A stretch of 63,280 nucleotides of DNA, filler included, from Licmophora abbreviata (Eukaryota), in NCBI GenBank assembly GCA_900291995.1. It is 50 parts of 50 records of this genome, joined end to end, with 100 filler letters (N's around TTAATTAATTAA, not from the genome) between each part and the next. Parts side by side here need not be neighbours in the genome. Positions count along the whole stretch, not along the records: positions 1 to 1,219 come from OLMU01006664.1; positions 1,320 to 2,536 come from OLMU01006665.1; positions 2,637 to 3,851 come from OLMU01006666.1; positions 3,952 to 5,165 come from OLMU01006667.1; positions 5,266 to 6,474 come from OLMU01006668.1; positions 6,575 to 7,785 come from OLMU01006669.1; positions 7,886 to 9,088 come from OLMU01006670.1; positions 9,189 to 10,391 come from OLMU01006671.1; 42 more parts are not named here. One strand, given 5' to 3'. The position numbers and the translations under genes are program-made. This document shows, one piece after another, positions 1 to 11,975 of the stretch; position 1 is the stretch's first letter; each line of letters starts with the position of its first letter. The notes beneath the pieces were generated by a model, which saw only the letters and a program-made list of their open reading frames with translations, had not been told where the DNA came from and did no database searches.

Positions 1-17
1 ACGTCGACGAGCTCCGA

Positions 18-518
18 GTGACTGACAACGTTGTACCAGAAGGAAAGAGGATCTTCATTTCGGACAACGATGCCGCGACCGTTGAAATCAGCTCGAACAA
101 GGGCACCAACAGGATCAATTTCGATGAAGACAATTTCGATGGCTTGACCTGCACGGCTCAGCCACCGCCAACACTTACCAATACAACCATCCCTGATATC
201 ACCATCGCTATCCAGTCTCAGAACATGGCTTCTGGGGGATTCGTTCTTCCTTCCAATCAGTATGCCCTCATCAAGGATGACGAAGAAAACACTGTCTATG
301 GGCCGGAATTCAAGTGCGAGACCGAGGGACCGTGTGCCGCGACACTTACGGGAGGAGAGTGTTACACCCTCGTCTACGTCATCTTTCAGGCGAACTCGGA
401 GTACGAGATCACTGTCTCTGTCGACAGTGGAAGCTCTCAGGTCCTCACGCCCTTCAACGTGGATGTGGCAAATGACATTGAGGAATACTCAGTCGAGTTC
501 GGGGTTTGTGACTCCTAG
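18..518 (+). CDS. C-terminal part of a hypothetical, probably extracellular, acidic Cys-containing protein
   Basis: Open frame from the contig start to TAG at 518, followed by AT-rich 3' sequence; no family recognised. Confidence 0.5.
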   Translation: MTDNVVPEGKRIFISDNDAATVEISSNKGTNRINFDEDNFDGLTCTAQPPPTLTNTTIPDITIAIQSQNMASGGFVLPSNQYALIKDDEENTVYGPEFKCETEGPCAATLTGGECYTLVYVIFQANSEYEITVSVDSGSSQVLTPFNVDVANDIEEYSVEFGVCDS

Positions 519-771
519 ACGCGTTATTGATTGTTAATTTAGTTTCTCATAAATGCTTTAGTATTCACCTAGCGGTGCCCATAGAAAGATTGCCATGAGG
601 CATCGATATTGCATTATTCCAAGTAGAAGGATCCTTCTCCTACCCGTCCTACTTGCATCTTCATGTGGAACGTCTGACTTCTTTCGGTGTATGGCAGACT
701 CTAGAGAGAGAACAGATACCAGGAAGAGAAAAACTCATACCAAAAAAGTTCGATTTTTAGAACTACTATCA

Positions 772-1219
772 CTACTCAAACTTTACTTGTAGATTCGTCA
801 CGGAGGTCGATCCGGCTCCTAGATCAAACTCACTCCAGTCTCCACTTGATAGATCAGCTTTCGTAAATACCTGGCCTGCAGTGTTGGTCACAACGAACTC
901 GTTTCCCAAGGGATGCAAAGCGTAAGGCTCCACGCCCTGACAATCGAGTGCCATCATCGGGACATAGGTACCGCTATCTGCACTTTTCATTTCCCTCGTC
1001 GGAGACATGTTCTTGCTCTTGTTTTCTGTCGACAACAAGCGAATCGTCGATCTCGTCGATTCCCCATGATTCCACTTCATTGCAAAATGACAGGGCCCTT
1101 CCATGTGATACTGCGCGTGCTTCGTGTCCTCTCTAGGTTTGAGTGCGCTACCGTCAATCACGATCTTTTCGCGAACTTGGCCATGATCCAAAGGATTTCG
1201 CACCGAGATACAGAGGTTC
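772..1219 (-). CDS. DUF866/UPF0587 (C1orf123-like) protein, 5'-truncated
   Basis: C-terminal motifs LDCQGVEP and F..ADLSSGDWSEFD resemble DUF866 (ECRGLEP, DLS.GEW.DYD). Confidence 0.65.
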
Positions 1220-1319
1220 NNNNNNNNNNNNNNNNNNNNNNNNNNNNNNNNNNNNNNNNNNNNTTAATTAATTAANNNNNNNNNNNNNNNNNNNNNNNNN
1301 NNNNNNNNNNNNNNNNNNN
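1220..1319. other. Artificial contig-joining linker N44-TTAATTAATTAA-N44 (first of 49 copies, one about every 1.2-1.3 kb)
   Basis: Identical palindromic six-frame-stop 12-mer inside N runs between unrelated sequences of different GC content and origin. Confidence 0.98.
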
Positions 1320-2536
1320 GCTTCTCAAGAAGCAGCGCAAAGCTGGCAACATGTGGCTTGCTCATGAACTCGGATCAAGAAGGAAGAGGACCATTTGAAT
1401 GATTGCGTGACTGTAGAGGAGAGGAAGAGAGCGCTTGTGCTAAAGAAGGAGGAAGAGCGAATGCGTGCGAATGAGCGCCAGCAACTACGGGAGCGGCTGC
1501 TCCTTGAAGGAGACAGCGCCGAGATTGAAGGGGCAGAAGAGTCGAAGGCAGAGAATCAATTCGTGGAAGAAGAAATTGACGAGGAAATGGCCATGGCGAG
1601 AGCTATCGAGGAGGAACAGGATGCCCTGATGCCATTCGCGATGATCCACCCGACAAGATGATTGTGGCAGAGTCCAACGGCGATGAGATTTCTGATGAGA
1701 ATGCCCTTCCGATGCCAGATACTGATAACGCACCGAGAGCTGTCGGCACGGAAGGGATTACGAGCGCAGCTCCGTCGATGATTGGCGGAATTGGTACGAC
1801 AGATATCGGCGTGGATTTCGAGAACCATGCAGTAGATGACGACGAGGCGACAGTAGATTTCGGTCAACGCACGTTTGGCGAGGATATGGAAGACGCCACA
1901 GACGCTCTGGACGGTATCGACGAGGTCTCGGCAGGCATGATCGACTCTGTTGGCGTCAATCCTTCGTCTTCCGAAATGACCGTGAAAGTAGTCGATTCAT
2001 TAGTGGACTCAGAAAAAAAGGAGTCAGATGTACGAAAGTCAACCATCGACGAAACCGTCCACGATCTCGTCGCAGGTGCAAGTTCAGCCAATTCCAACGA
2101 AGAAGAAATGTCTGTGACCGCCCACGAGGAAGATCGTTCACCCCATGCCCCAGGAGCCACTGCAAAGAAAGAGAAAAATGCGGCTTGGAAAGCCATGTTA
2201 GAGCGGGAGGCACAGAAGATCAAGAAATTGAAGGCGCGCAAAGGCGGGGGACTGGTCGACGCCGAGGCCGACGAAGAAGAGGAAGAAGAAGGCGTCACTG
2301 GTCTTGAAGACTTCGGGTTTTCCCTTCACAAAAAAAGTGCGGAGGGTGATGAGGAAGAAGACCCTGACGCAGACAAGCTCACGGAAGACGATATGAAGCA
2401 CGTCGTCGATGACGTATCTGACGACGAGGGTGACGAGGAGGAGGGAGCCAAGGCTCGTCAGGAGTTGGAAAAGAAAGAAGAGCAAGAGCGCCACAAGCAG
2501 ATCATTCGACGGATGCGTGATGGATACGACGGTCGT
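1320..2536 (+). CDS. Highly acidic nuclear protein fragment, possibly MRC1/Claspin-like; apparent indel frameshifts near 1375 and 1625
   Basis: ORFs 1395-1661 and 1658-2536 join with a 1-nt shift; DAEADEEEE..GLEDFGF and VVDDVSDDEGDE motifs. Confidence 0.4.
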
Positions 2537-2636
2537 NNNNNNNNNNNNNNNNNNNNNNNNNNNNNNNNNNNNNNNNNNNNTTAATTAATTAANNNNNNNN
2601 NNNNNNNNNNNNNNNNNNNNNNNNNNNNNNNNNNNN

Positions 2637-2692
2637 AGAAGGATTATCCATTCCCCACCAGTAGATTACTATAAATAAAAATAACCAAACAA
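2637..2692 (-). CDS. cox3: Mitochondrial cytochrome c oxidase subunit 3, last exon (partial)
   Basis: Minus strand reads (x)VWLFLFIVIYWWGMDNPS, matching the conserved COX3 C-terminus HFVDVVWLFLF..IYWWG; lies directly after group II domain VI. Confidence 0.85.
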
Positions 2693-3851
2693 GGCGAGTC
2701 ATCTAAGCGATGCTCTCGAAGCTGAACGTACACTTTTTGGCGTATTCAGCTTTCTCAAAATCTAATAAATACAATTACAGAAAGATAGAGAACGGAGAAG
2801 ATGTGACAATAATGTAGCTTGTAACGGTAAAGCTATAAGATATAGTAGCTCACATGGAATTTACTTCTCAATAGAGTAGGAATCACCAGCAAAAACAGGC
2901 TTGAAGTCAGAGTTTTTAGGGGTAGGGACCTTGCCAAGGACAGACTTGAGTTTGCCAGTGTCAAGGTTTGAAAATATTCCTTTCTCAAACTCCAAGTGGT
3001 GTTTCCGACATAGAGGAAGTTGTTTCCGGTTAAGCATAGTCAGGATAGCAGGAAGACCTTTAACTCGCTTACCTTTTCGGTCAATCATAGAGGTACTACC
3101 ATCAGAGTTTACTTTACGATGAAGGCGCGCAATGTGGTGTACTTCAATAGATTCGGTTTCGTTACAGCCCTCAACAGAACAACCTTGAAAGAATTCCAGG
3201 CTGTGGTTAAGTTTAAAGATTTTGCCCATCATATTATCAAGATCAAAATGGTCTATAGCCGAGCCGTCCGATTTCAGATTAAACTTACTTGGGTGCTTGA
3301 GAATTGACGACCTACTAATTAGTTGAACCTTTTTTATACCTTGCTTATCCTTATTCACAACGATTTCGCTTCCGTAGACAGTGTAGACCCAGTTTTGGCT
3401 TTTGTTGTGTTTGTTCGCTAGCGTCAGCACGCAGCTCTTACGTAGCAGCTGGGCTAAGCCTTTAACCTTAGAGAAGTTATCCGCCCCCGAAAACCAGTTA
3501 AGTAAACCATGTATGAGGTGGTTAAAATGGTGTGCAATTTCGGAATCCGTGTGAAACCCTAAGCTTGAGTTACCCATAGCTTTTTCTTTTACCGGATGAA
3601 TATACCCTTTGATCCGTAATTTAGCAAAAGTAGCGCCAATTTGGGCATTAATGGATATTCGTCTCGGAGAAGATTTCGTTTAACCAAGAATGGTAAGTTC
3701 TTTAGCCAGCGATAGCAGGTCTTTTTCCTCTTTGCTTAAAGTAGATGGGGACTTCATGTTGATATTAAACTTCTTTATAATCTCGTCACGTCTTTTTTTA
3801 ATCTCAGGGACTAAAGATGCTTCAGCAGCGCTTTCAGCCTCTTTTAAGTAT
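2693..3851 (-). mobile_element. Group II intron (3' part) inserted in cox3
   Basis: 34-nt domain V AAGCTGAATACGC-CAAAAA-GTGT-AC-GTTCAGCTT (2752-2719) with AGC triad and AC bulge; domain VI GAGCATC-GCTTA-GATG-A-CTC with bulged A (2715-2696). Confidence 0.9.
2861..3851 (-). pseudogene. Group II intron-encoded protein (maturase X domain plus HNH endonuclease) with in-frame TAA at 3680-3682
   Basis: RISINA..., GLLNWFSGADN, LRKSCVLTLANKH (domain X); C..GC...EVHHI...NRKQLPLCRKHH (HNH); AT-rich organellar composition. Confidence 0.85.
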
Positions 3852-4115
3852 NNNNNNNNNNNNNNNNNNNNNNNNNNNNNNNNNNNNNNNNNNNNTTAAT
3901 TAATTAANNNNNNNNNNNNNNNNNNNNNNNNNNNNNNNNNNNNNNNNNNNNAATGGGTTATATTCCGCTGCCTCCTGGGAGTCCTGTTGCATCGATACGT
4001 GGGTTCGTTTTCGTGGGTGTCGTGTTGTGTTTGGTTGCGATACCGGTGATGTTAGGACAGGGGGCGGCGTCAGGGGAGACTGCGCAAAGATCCGCAGTCC
4101 CCCCCCGCCAGCATC

Positions 4116-5165
4116 CTAGCTGGCGGGCGACTCCGTGTACCATTGCTGGCACCACGCTAACAACGCCGTATCCTCCGCTTCCGTGTAGGTACGGTGGTCA
4201 GCCCGGCGCCGGCAATCGGAGTTACAGATTCCTTTGACGTGGTAGGACAAACAAGCTTCCGAATCGCTGGCTCGGGGGGGTCGGTTAGCTGCTCCGGCCC
4301 TGGCTAAAATCTCGGTGATGCGGACGGGCAATGCGCCGTACACCGCGAATGCGGGATTCAAACTCGGGTTTCGTTCGGGACTGGATCGTGGAACTTCGGT
4401 CCCGGCTGCAGTCCCGCCTGACTGGAAAGTCGGCGGTGCGACCACCGGTCCACTCACGGGAGGCGGAACCGAAGGCGCATCGTAATACCGGCTCGGCAGA
4501 GCGGGCTCCCACGGGGTCTGTAAGCGGATCTCGTGCAACAACCGAACGAACTCCGGTGGCTCCACGTTGGAGTTGGTGGTTGCCTGCTGTGCGAACCACA
4601 GGGACAACCTGAGCTGCACCCAACGTACCGCGAGGGTAGGCAGCGAAACCTGGCTGCGCGGTCGGACGTTGAGCAGGTGGTTCTGACTCGACCCCCAAGC
4701 GCGCCAGAAACGGTCATAAGCCACGACTAGCGGGTGGGTGCCGGACAGTAGAACGTGTAGGGCCACCCGCGTGTTGTTGAAGCAGATGCTACTTTCCGTC
4801 AAGGTCTGGGGGAGCTTGCCGCTCACTGCCGAGTGGTTGAACGACGCCGCCTCCGCAAGGCTGGGCGCTCCTTGACCTTGCTGCATGAGCTGGTACCGCT
4901 CGATGAGTTCGTAAGCGGCGGCCCGCTCTACAGCTGTCTGGTAGCCGAAAGTGAAGCAATGGATCCCTGTAGAAAGGTCCTCGTCGTTCGTCATTTCGAA
5001 TGACAGGTTTCGTAGTTTGGAGGTGATGTCTGGCGTGATAGGGACATCACTCCCCGGCATGCTCAACTGGTCCTGGGCCATCGCATTGAATGCCTGTTGT
5101 AGAACCAGGATGTCCTGCTTCTTGGGGGAGCTCGCTAAGTCTCGCCAGACGGCTGGGAGGGCAGC
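4116..5165 (-). mobile_element. Gag-like ORF of a putative DIRS/Ngaro-type (tyrosine recombinase) retrotransposon
   Basis: C-terminal Cys/His finger CLSYHVKGICNSDCRRRADH after a Pro-rich linker; frame stays open after the TAG. Confidence 0.55.
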
Positions 5166-5265
5166 NNNNNNNNNNNNNNNNNNNNNNNNNNNNNNNNNNN
5201 NNNNNNNNNTTAATTAATTAANNNNNNNNNNNNNNNNNNNNNNNNNNNNNNNNNNNNNNNNNNNN

Positions 5266-6474
5266 CCTAATGAGGTCGTCATCGTCAAGCCACCTCCAAG
5301 TTGTCCTTTGTCGGCTCCGAACACCTACTGGCGGTTGAAGAAGACTCTCAATGGCCTTCGTCGTTCCCCGCATCATTGGTTTAAGTTCATCACCGGTCAC
5401 TTGCGTGCAATGGGATTTGAACCGCTTGCTCACTCACCCTGTATTTACAAGGGCAATCCGATTCCAGGTGGTCCTGTGTTGTATGTTGGCATTTATGTCG
5501 ATGATCTTGCGTATTTTTCCGCAGATCGTCAAGTCGAGGTTGCGTTTGAGTCGGATTTGGCTACCCGTGTCAATGTGGAGTTCATGGGCGATGTCTCTTA
5601 CTTCCTCGGCCAGCACTTCGAATGGAGTCGCCATGAAGATGGGCATATTTCGGTTCACATCTCCCAAGAAGCGTATGCCAACCTCATCGTGGAGGCAATG
5701 GGTCTCACCGATGCTGCCGTCTCCAAGCACATGTCTCCCTACCGCTCAGGTCTTGCGATCGATGCTATCCCACATGTCGATCTCCCGGAACGGGCACGTG
5801 CACCTCTACGTTCTACATATCAGTCCTATGTGGGCATGATTAACTGGTTGGCTATTTGTACCCGACCCGATCTATCTACAGTACAGGCTCTGTTGGCTTC
5901 CTACGCTGCCAACCCCTCCCCTGGCCATCTGGATGCTGCTCGATACGCCGGTCGCTACCTCAAGGGCTCTGCGGACTACGGCATCTCTTTCTCGTCACGA
6001 GCTTCTACTCAGCTTGAGGCGTTCATTGAGTTCCCTCTTGATGGTGCGAATCTGTCTTCGTTCACGGACTCCAACTGGGGCCCACAGGACGCTTCGATTC
6101 CTTCTCCAACTAACTCTCGTCCAGTCTCCAAGAATGAAATGAAATCGGTGTGTGGCCATGTCACGTTCCTCTCTGGCGGTCCGATCCAATGGAAGAGCCA
6201 CAAGGAACTTCGTACGAGTCGGAGTTCAACTGAGGCCGAAGTGAAGACCACGGATGAGGCCACCAAGAGTGTTCAATTCCTTCGTCTAGTCCTTGAAGAT
6301 GCCTCGTTTCCCCAACGGTCACCGACTCCCATCTATAACGATAACCAGGCTGCTGTCGATTGGACCAAGACTACCAGTATGAAAGCTCTCCGATACATCA
6401 ATATTCGGGAGTTCGCTGTCCGCGAAGCTGTTCAGGATCATCAGGAGGTCGTAGTATCCCATATCAAAGGGACC
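5266..6474 (+). mobile_element. Ty1/copia reverse transcriptase-RNase H fragment
   Basis: LKKTLNGLRRSP, YVDDL, TRPDLS, FTDSNW, SSTEAE, IYNDNQAA motifs. Confidence 0.93.
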
Positions 6475-6702
6475 NNNNNNNNNNNNNNNNNNNNNNNNNN
6501 NNNNNNNNNNNNNNNNNNTTAATTAATTAANNNNNNNNNNNNNNNNNNNNNNNNNNNNNNNNNNNNNNNNNNNNCAAGTTGTTGGCAAAACCACGTCTGA
6601 CCATGACGGGAGACGATAGTCCCTGATGACACGCTACGCAATCTATCTCCGCCTGCGCCTTTTCTACTCGAGCTTCCCTGTCTCCCCGACCCCTCATTAA
6701 TA

Positions 6703-7785
6703 ATGTCACAGGCCCGTGTTGTTCCACCATCGTCACTGAGCCGCCCGAAACAGGCATCCTGCAATCCATTGAGGACCATCTCGCTTGTTTTGATGGTCAT
6801 TGTCAGCTGCAACGTCCTGATGGTCAGTCTCTGGCTTCGCAACAGCGAAACACACGAGCCAGTCCCGAAAAGTCTTTCTAGGGAACAAAACTCGTTGTCC
6901 CGGCGCCACGGAATATCGATGGCGAGAAGAGGAGGCATTCCGTCTAACCGTACGATGAGCTCAGCAGTCATTGCATCGAGCGATCCGGTTGTCATTGGCC
7001 ACGTCGTATCCTTGATCAAGTGCAGCAAGACAGCCAGCGTGACAGGCTTTCTCGACGCTGCCGCAGTCTTACGCCATTCTATCCATGAGCAGTCCGTACA
7101 TACTTCCAGATCCAAATACAGCTACCACATGTACGCCATTGTACACAAGGATTGCGAGGTTCATGCCCCCGTCTTGCAACGATGGGGGTACACGCCGCTG
7201 GTGCGAGAGTCGCCCATCACTCCAGACCAAATTCAAGGGGAGTTCTTGCGCACCCATGTGGAGAATGAAAACTGTTGTGGCTCGAAAGAGTTTATCAAAC
7301 TGTATGCCTACGAATTGACGAAACATCCCGTTGTTGTCCATTGGGATCTCGATGTGGCCGTACTGCAACCAATGGACGATCTATTTGACTCAATAATATA
7401 TCCGCATGACAGCGTAGAGGGGCAACGAGCTCGACAAGCGTTGGAGCTTCAACACCCCAATGAACCGTTACCGCAAAAGATCGATGCGTTCTTGACACGC
7501 GACATAACGTCGTCTCGCCCCTGGGAGAAGGTGCAAGGGGTCCAAGGCGGATTCTTGGTTGCGCGTCCCAATCCGCTAGACTTGCAGCTTTATGTCGATA
7601 TTATCAAAGAAGGAAACTTTACACGCGGACGAGGAGAAGGAACTGGCTGGGGAAATTTAGGGTACGGTGGCTTCCAGGGTGCTATGGCGTATCAAGGAAT
7701 CGTGGCGTACTTCTACGACCAATACAAGCCGAACACAGCAGTGGAGCTGAACGTCTGCAGATGGAATCAAGTAGTAGCCGATGTC
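6703..7785 (+). CDS. Type II membrane glycosyltransferase, GT8/glycogenin-like, 3'-truncated
   Basis: N-terminal TM helix; EFIKLYAY...VVHWDLD...MDDLF (DxD motif); QGGFLVARP. Confidence 0.75.
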
Positions 7786-7885
7786 NNNNNNNNNNNNNNN
7801 NNNNNNNNNNNNNNNNNNNNNNNNNNNNNTTAATTAATTAANNNNNNNNNNNNNNNNNNNNNNNNNNNNNNNNNNNNNNNNNNNN

Positions 7886-9088
7886 CAGACCCGACTACAC
7901 GAGATCCCCGCTTCCTGGATCCTTCTCGACAGCCAATCTACCGTCTCGATTTTTCGCAACCGAGACTACCTACACAACATCCGTCCCGCAAGCCGCACCA
8001 TGAAAGTGTATACTAATGGTGGAACACAGGAATCCCATCTCATCGGCGACGTGACCAATTTCGGCCCCGTGTGGTACAATCCCGATTCTCTTGCGAACAT
8101 CCTTTCCCTTGCCGAAGTCCGAAAGCTTTGCCGTGTCGCCATGGACACATCCGTCGAGCCCGCCCTCTGTGTCCACCGTCGCGACGGTTCGATACTCAAG
8201 TTTCAAGAGTATGTGACCGGGCTGTACTTCCACGACGCGTCTAACAAAAATAGCTCCCCCGTTACCCCGTACACATTCTTGTCGACAGTAGCCGCTGAAA
8301 AAGCGCGTTTCACTCCCCGCGAAATTGCAGGAGCGGAAGCAGCCATGGTGTTATACCGGAAAATCGGCCGCCCATCACAGAAAACTTTCCAAGACATCCT
8401 CCAGAAGAATCTGATCACCAACTGTCCTGTCACCATCCAAGATGCCAAGCGTGCCCTAACCATCTATGGCCCAGATGTGGCGACGTTAAAAGGAAAAACT
8501 ACGAAGGGACCGTCAACACACGTCCCAAGCGTCACCGTCTCCCCGCTTCCAAACGATATCCTACAGCATCACGGTGACGTCACCATTTGCGGTGACATTT
8601 TCTACGTACAAGGTATCCCGTTTTTCCACACCATTTCAAGAAAGATCCAATTTCGAACGGTCGCAACCCTGCCAAATCGACAGCAAGCCACTCTACTCCG
8701 CGAAACCCAAGCCATCATTAAACATTACGAAACAAGAGGCTTCAATGTGGCGAATTTCCACACGGACGGAGAATTTGAATGCATTCGGCACAGCATATTG
8801 CCGACGATCCTGAATGTCACCGCCGCAGACGACCATGTTGGCGAAGTGGAACGGTCCATACGGACAATCAAGGAGCGCACTCGGTCTACTATTCATGGAC
8901 TACCGTACAGGCGCCTTCCTGCTTTAATGATCAAAGAAGTCGTCCGACATGCCGTGAAGACCCTGAATCTTTTCCCCGCCAAGAATGGAGTTTCGACGAC
9001 CCTGAGTCCGCGCGCAATCGTTACGGGACTTGCCAACCCCGACTACAACAAGTTACAACTCGAGTTTGGTTCATACGTGCAGGTGTTT
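7886..9088 (+). mobile_element. Diatom CoDi-like Ty1/copia protease-integrase fragment
   Basis: WILLDSQST protease; integrase core CGDIFYV, HTDGEF, HVGEVERSIRTIKER; close paralog of 20802-21977. Confidence 0.9.
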
Positions 9089-9188
9089 NNNNNNNNNNNN
9101 NNNNNNNNNNNNNNNNNNNNNNNNNNNNNNNNTTAATTAATTAANNNNNNNNNNNNNNNNNNNNNNNNNNNNNNNNNNNNNNNNNNNN

Positions 9189-9746
9189 GAAATCACGATC
9201 AACCACGTGAATGTGCAGTGGAGTATCGCCGCACGGGTTATCCTGGACCTCGACACCGAAGTATCGCATCTGGTTCGGGTTGACCAGCGTAACTTCGATC
9301 GCATCTGTCCCATCACCCATCCAGAGTGCTTCGTTAAACACGAGAATATAAGTGATCGACGTGACCGGTGAGGTCCACGCCGATGCCCCTGTTGCAATCC
9401 TCACATCTCTGGTTGGTTCATAACTGTCTTTGTATGGTACCACGTCGCACACTCTGCCGGTGAAGTGCAATGGCACTGAACATCGACCGAGTACCGTCGT
9501 GTCCGCATGAGTATCCAACTCCATGCGTCCATACGTGACTGTTTTCATATCTGCATGAGTCGTCGAGCTCACAGTTCGACCGACTCCAACTCCTGCCAAT
9601 GAGCGTCTGCTCGATGTAGTGAACTCGCCGATACGGCGAAGCTCTCGAGCCACATAACGCTTGTGCCTTACCCGCCCGTAGCCTACCATCCATGAAAGTA
9701 TCGTACTTATCCATGAAACGATCCTTGACCACAGGCGGGGTAGCAG
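9189..9746 (-). mobile_element. Copia (CoDi-like) pol N-terminus, aspartic protease, in frame with upstream gag
   Basis: ELDTHADTTVLG motif, ILVFNEALWMG, TLVNPNQMR; frame open from the codon after the gag TGA. Confidence 0.85.
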
Positions 9747-10391
9747 TCACGCGCTCTTGGACTTCTTCTTTCCGCTCTTCTTCGCCTGACGCCCGCCGAA
9801 TTGGTTTCCTGCGTCGTCGGCAACTGTAGTATCGTCGCTATCCTCGTCGTCTTCGTCAAGACTTTCGTCGGCATCTCGCTTCTTCTTCTTGAAAGCAGAT
9901 ACCGTGCGCTTCATCTTCGCGACTTTCTGCTTCAGCTTCTTCACTGTCCTCGCTGAAGTCTTCGGTGCTGTCTTTTTCCTTCCTCTCCCGCCGTTGGTAT
10001 TCTTGCCCAATCGCTTCCTTTCCTCCTGAACTTTGTCCCTCTCCTCCTGAGATAGGCCTCCCCAGTTCTTGTAGTATCCCGTGTGGATGCTACCGTCCGA
10101 TGCATAGATGCTACCGCCATCTCGGCCATCTTGCAGGTTGCTCGCGACGGCGCCGATACCCCGACTCTTCAAGGTAAGTGTTTCTGGTAGAGTAGAAACT
10201 TCGGCGGCTAACTGGTTGACAGCGGTGGTGTATGTGACGGACTCTGAGTCGACAGCTCGTTGTGCCTTGAGTGCAGCGACTGTTGCAACTAGTCCTGCAT
10301 GTTGGATGCCCTTGGTAAAGAGCCAACGCAACTTGGCATCATCACTGTACTCTTCATCCTCTTCACCGAAGATGGTGAACATCTTCTGGGC
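9747..10391 (-). mobile_element. Copia (CoDi-like) gag C-terminus
   Basis: IHTGYY..W..LS.EE and DAGNQFGGR motifs with Lys-rich tail; directly upstream of the protease. Confidence 0.8.
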
Positions 10392-10491
10392 NNNNNNNNN
10401 NNNNNNNNNNNNNNNNNNNNNNNNNNNNNNNNNNNTTAATTAATTAANNNNNNNNNNNNNNNNNNNNNNNNNNNNNNNNNNNNNNNNNNNN

Positions 10492-11693
10492 TTTCTACAG
10501 TATACAGTCGAAGGCAGACGACACTCAACCCCACGACTTGTTACACGCACTAGGAACCGAGGCTTGAGCCATCTATTCTTTCGACAAGCTGACTCCTCCC
10601 TCGAACATCAAAATCATACTACGACACAAACAACGATGACACCAACCACGCGCCATCCAACATTGAAGCCAGGGATATTCAAGGCATCCACGTCCAAGCT
10701 TATCTCCACAATGCAACCCCGACCTCCCACGACCTTCAAACAACATATCAGGACACTACCAAGTCCCATTGCCAGATGGATACAAAGTTTTGATCTCATC
10801 CACCAAGACCAACTTGAGCAAATTCTACGAGCCAGACAACCTTTACTCTTAGCAACAGACGGGTCCAACTTGTTCCCAAACGCTTCGTTTGCATTTAACC
10901 TTGCCGACACCACAGGCAAGATACTGATCAGGGGCTTTGGCCCCGTGGACGGCGACGCAGCATACATGTCATCACTTAGACCAGAACTCTACGGCATCGG
11001 AAGCGGCTTGACATTTATCGAACAATACTGCAAATTTCATGAAATACCGGCCCACGAACTTCGCATCAAGAACTTATCTGACAGCAAAGCCGCCATACAA
11101 CGATCATCAACAGCAAACTCACAACTTCGAAGTATTTTCGAGCACTTGCATGAATTCCAACGCCCACGAACTACCAGTGTTTCGAAGTTCACGATGCCAG
11201 AAGAGGACGTAGTATGCGAGATACGAGAGACACTGCTCCGAATGCAACCTGATATCACATTTCAGTGGATAAAAAGCCACCAGGACGACTTAACCCCGGC
11301 ACATGCGATGTCAGTTGAAGCCCAACTCAACGTACTGGCTGACCATGATGCTGGACAATACAGGAAATACAATCAGATTGGACACAGAAAGACCCAGCCG
11401 GCTTTACACTTTCCCGGAGCCGTGGTGAATCTTCGCATCTCGCACCGAATCGCAACAACGAAGATTCCGGAGCAAATTCGTCAACACATACGCGGAGAAC
11501 ACTTGGGAACTTACATGCGAGAACGCTACGACTGGTCGGATACAACATGGAACTCCATCGATTGGAAAACTATCGGACAATGCTTCAAAAAGCTCCCGCT
11601 CCACGAACGAGTCAACACTGCGAAAATGATACACGGTTGGAGAAATACAGGAAAGCAACGACGCCGAATAGATCCCACTGCGACCGACCGATG
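10492..11693 (+). mobile_element. Non-LTR retrotransposon (LINE, Ambal-like) RNase H region
   Basis: LATDGS, GPVDG...SSLRPELYG, SDSKAAI, FQWIKSHQD, QLNVLADH, followed by W..IDW zinc-binding region. Confidence 0.8.
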
Positions 11694-11975
11694 NNNNNNN
11701 NNNNNNNNNNNNNNNNNNNNNNNNNNNNNNNNNNNNNTTAATTAATTAANNNNNNNNNNNNNNNNNNNNNNNNNNNNNNNNNNNNNNNNNNNNACGGGCT
11801 TCGACTTGTGCATAATTGAGTCGACTGAGTCAATCTCCGTGCCGCTTACAACGCTGCGATGATGGTACTGTACCATGGTGTTTCTTTTTGTTGCTCTACT
11901 GTAGCCATTTCTTGAAGCCGCTGCCCTTTCTCGGGTCCATGATTGTATTGCAAGTTCGTGTAGATTGACGTAACG

